From the IMG/VR virus record IMGVR_UViG_3300044698_000081, positions 1-37,949 of that record: 37,949 nt of DNA; one strand, 5' to 3'. Below, one piece after another: positions 35,841 through 37,949 of the stretch (its first letter is position 1; each line of letters begins with the position of its first letter). The translations under genes and the position numbers were made by a program. Origin of the DNA: a virus (Duplodnaviria > Caudoviricetes). The notes beneath the pieces are model-generated. The model had not been told where the DNA came from and made no database searches. It was given only the letters and a program-made list of their open reading frames with translations.

Positions 35841-36069
35841 CCGTGTCTAGTGGGGTAGGCGAACGCCAATAAAAGTAGGCGCAGCTTATACATCACGAAA
35901 AGCCCTTACCTCACAACAACCTGAGGTATGCCCGAAACGTGAGGTATAAGCACAGTGCTTATATGTGGTAAAAGCGGGTACGAACTACAGGCCGAGACTT
36001 GGAATTGGAACCACCTAATCCAAGTCTCGGCCTTACCGAGACAAGCTCGAGGTGTTGTCGCCCCCTCTT

Positions 36070-36146
36070 CGGCGGGTCCGGGATTTGAACCCGGGACTTC
36101 TCCACCTAGGAAACAGGAGAGCTCTACCAAGCTGAGCTAACCCGCC
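36070..36146 (-). tRNA. tRNA-like gene with non-canonical anticodon arm (isotype undetermined; UUC/Glu in the best 7-nt-loop fold)
   Basis: GGCGGGT/ACCCGCC acceptor, TAGCTCAGCTTGGTAGAGC D arm, CCGGG-TTCAAAT-CCCGG T arm; no encoded CCA. Confidence 0.8.
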
Positions 36147-36163
36147 TAGGGGGCGACACACAC

Positions 36164-36169
36164 AGTATA
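36164..36169 (-). promoter_or_regulatory. -10 element of tRNA-like transcript
   Basis: TATACT about 6 nt upstream of the flanking helix. Confidence 0.5.
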
Positions 36170-36257
36170 ACCGGGTTAGCGTGTGACACTAGGACCGTCG
36201 TACACCCTGTTGTTGTCTCGTTCACACAACACGCCGAACCGGGCAACGGACCGCCCC

Positions 36258-36581
36258 CTACGCTGGAACCCAGCGGCCTTGCCTTATGAATCCATGGTCA
36301 CCGCACAACCTGCAAAGCACCGACGGCGACAGGTCCAATGGGTCGTCCGAGTTCAACGTCCACTTAGCCACTGCCGGTGCTATCAGACGCTGCGTCGGCC
36401 CGTCGAACGTGACAGCACCGTGACCGAAGCACTTAGCCCCTTCGGGGAATGGGTGCTCAATGTCAATCCCCCAAAGGTCAACGTCTGAGATACCTTCATG
36501 TTGGGGGTTGAGGTCCCGGTCCGAGTGCCAGCCGACCGGATGAGCTGTGTGGCCGTGGCCAATGTCGATACTTATTGTCAT
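36258..36581 (-). CDS. DUF6527-like Cys/His protein
   Basis: C-terminal LSPSVLCRLCGDHGFIRQGRW; ATGA overlap. Confidence 0.65.
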   Translation of the reverse strand: MTISIDIGHGHTAHPVGWHSDRDLNPQHEGISDVDLWGIDIEHPFPEGAKCFGHGAVTFDGPTQRLIAPAVAKWTLNSDDPLDLSPSVLCRLCGDHGFIRQGRWVPA

Positions 36582-37741
36582 GACCGTCGTACTCCTGTCG
36601 CGGTGAGCGTCCACCGTCGGTCACGAAACGTCAAAGTGCGGTCCCGCCACGTCGCAACATCAGCCGTGTAATGCCCATCAGCCCACACCGTTACAACCGC
36701 GAACCCCGACTGCCAGTCCGGATCGACCGCGTACCCCAACCCGCGCGGGTCGGCCATCGTGCCTGTTTCGACCACCGTGTAAATTTCTGGGTCACGGTTG
36801 GCGTCCCACCGGGTGTGGTGTGCGACCGCCAACCGGTGGGTATGTCCGATGGCCAACGACGCGTTGAGACGGTCTATCGACGCTAGAGCGCTCGCACCGG
36901 CCCCCTTACGCACCACCCAGCCGTGAGAAGCCACAAACCCGGGGGCCAAATCAACGCGAGGGTGCGGGTAGTCACCCAACGGCGACGTCGCATACGTCAA
37001 ACCGAGCTCATCCAACGACAACAGGAACGGCAACGACAGGACAGACGGTGCATCGGCGGGCATGTTGCCGGCTTTGACACCGAACAGGGCGGGCGCCTTG
37101 TTGAGCAGGAACTTGCGTAACCGGTTCTCATGGTTCCCTGGTATGTAATCGCCGGGTGGCCACCCGGCCGCTTCTAACCGTTCGGCCAACACCCGGTAAC
37201 AGACCGATAAGCCTTCGTTGAGGGTGGATGCCCATTCGGGGTGCGCCACATCAAAATGACTGACCGAGTCGAAGTCGCAGCCGTCACCCATGTACACGAA
37301 CCGGTCCGGCTTTAGGTCAGCCAGCATTTCGCAGGCTGCTTCGTGTAACGGCCAGTTGACGTGGGGTGCCTGGTCGTCGCCCATCAACACAATCGTTGTT
37401 GGTCCGGCACCATCCTTCAACTTTTTTGAAGGTGGCCGTGGTGTACGTACACGATCCTTTAGTGCGGCGGCCAGTTGGCCCCACGCGGTCTCAGCAGCAG
37501 GGACGACCCGGTCGAGGAACGCTTTGGTTTGGCGTTGCGGTTGCCCGGCCATGTCCCATTCGTTGACAATGACCGAACGTACAGTCCAGGCGTCGGGGTC
37601 CATGCCCCGTTCGAGGATCATCGACCTGATTTTGTTTTCGTCGTAGTCACCGACAGGTAACGTGACGGACATGGTGTCGTCTTTGCGCTTCACGGATACC
37701 CGTTCGGCCGGCGACGCCATCATGTCGGACACGTCTACCAT
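36578..37741 (-). CDS. Calcineurin-like metallophosphoesterase
   Basis: GDDQAPH, GDGCD, GNHE, SHG, GHTHR motifs. Confidence 0.9.
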   Translation of the reverse strand: MVDVSDMMASPAERVSVKRKDDTMSVTLPVGDYDENKIRSMILERGMDPDAWTVRSVIVNEWDMAGQPQRQTKAFLDRVVPAAETAWGQLAAALKDRVRTPRPPSKKLKDGAGPTTIVLMGDDQAPHVNWPLHEAACEMLADLKPDRFVYMGDGCDFDSVSHFDVAHPEWASTLNEGLSVCYRVLAERLEAAGWPPGDYIPGNHENRLRKFLLNKAPALFGVKAGNMPADAPSVLSLPFLLSLDELGLTYATSPLGDYPHPRVDLAPGFVASHGWVVRKGAGASALASIDRLNASLAIGHTHRLAVAHHTRWDANRDPEIYTVVETGTMADPRGLGYAVDPDWQSGFAVVTVWADGHYTADVATWRDRTLTFRDRRWTLTATGVRRS

Positions 37742-37822
37742 TCGACGTCGACTGACCTGGCGAACGATTTGAAATGCCGTGACACCGTCGAATGCGTCAC
37801 CGACACACCCAACCGGTTCAAC

Positions 37823-37949
37823 CGGTCAGTGACCATCATGAACTGTGGGCGCCGACCGGTCTCAACAATGTCATCTTCGATAGCTTCTACCAGTTCGAGG
37901 GCGTCACCCCGCAACAGGTTTCGCCACGAACCGCCTCGGGGTTTACCGG
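37823..37949. repeat. 127-bp direct terminal overlap (copy 2)
   Basis: Identical to 1-127. Confidence 0.97.

Noticed and set aside
36070-36146. Amber (CUA) suppressor tRNA or YrlA-type Y RNA
   Set aside because: CUA is not preceded by U33 or centred in any fold, and genes show no in-frame TAG recoding. In YrlA the long stem replaces the anticodon arm, whereas here it extends the acceptor stem; there is also no Ro60 gene

Overview
The window is a complete, circularly assembled temperate siphovirus genome of about 37.8 kb. Bases 1-127 are repeated at 37823-37949, and one gene reads across that junction. GC-rich DNA plus a WhiB gene point to an actinobacterial host. Almost all genes are on the minus strand: early/replication and DNA-modification genes (33880 down to ~20600), HNH-terminase-portal-protease-HK97 capsid, head/neck fibre genes, tail, lysis cassette, then an HTH-phosphoesterase operon and a tRNA-like RNA. 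A short plus-strand lysogeny cassette (repressor, tyrosine recombinase, lipoprotein) faces a Cro-like gene. Highlights: (1) a dif-like 11-6-11 recombination site inside the repressor ORF, just upstream of an ssrA-like -AA C-terminus and next to a Xer-sized recombinase, suggesting integration-dependent immunity at a dif-type site; (2) a tRNA with an aberrant anticodon arm, clamped by an extra 11-bp helix and followed by a structured non-coding tract; (3) a C5 methyltransferase whose motif IX is encoded in an overlapping reading frame; (4) single-base frameshifts in a PAPS-reductase gene and a GIY-YIG gene; (5) an internal start in the endolysin, tandem tail-tube paralogs and a self-nested domain in the tail protein. 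All calls come from reading motifs by eye; no database searches were run.
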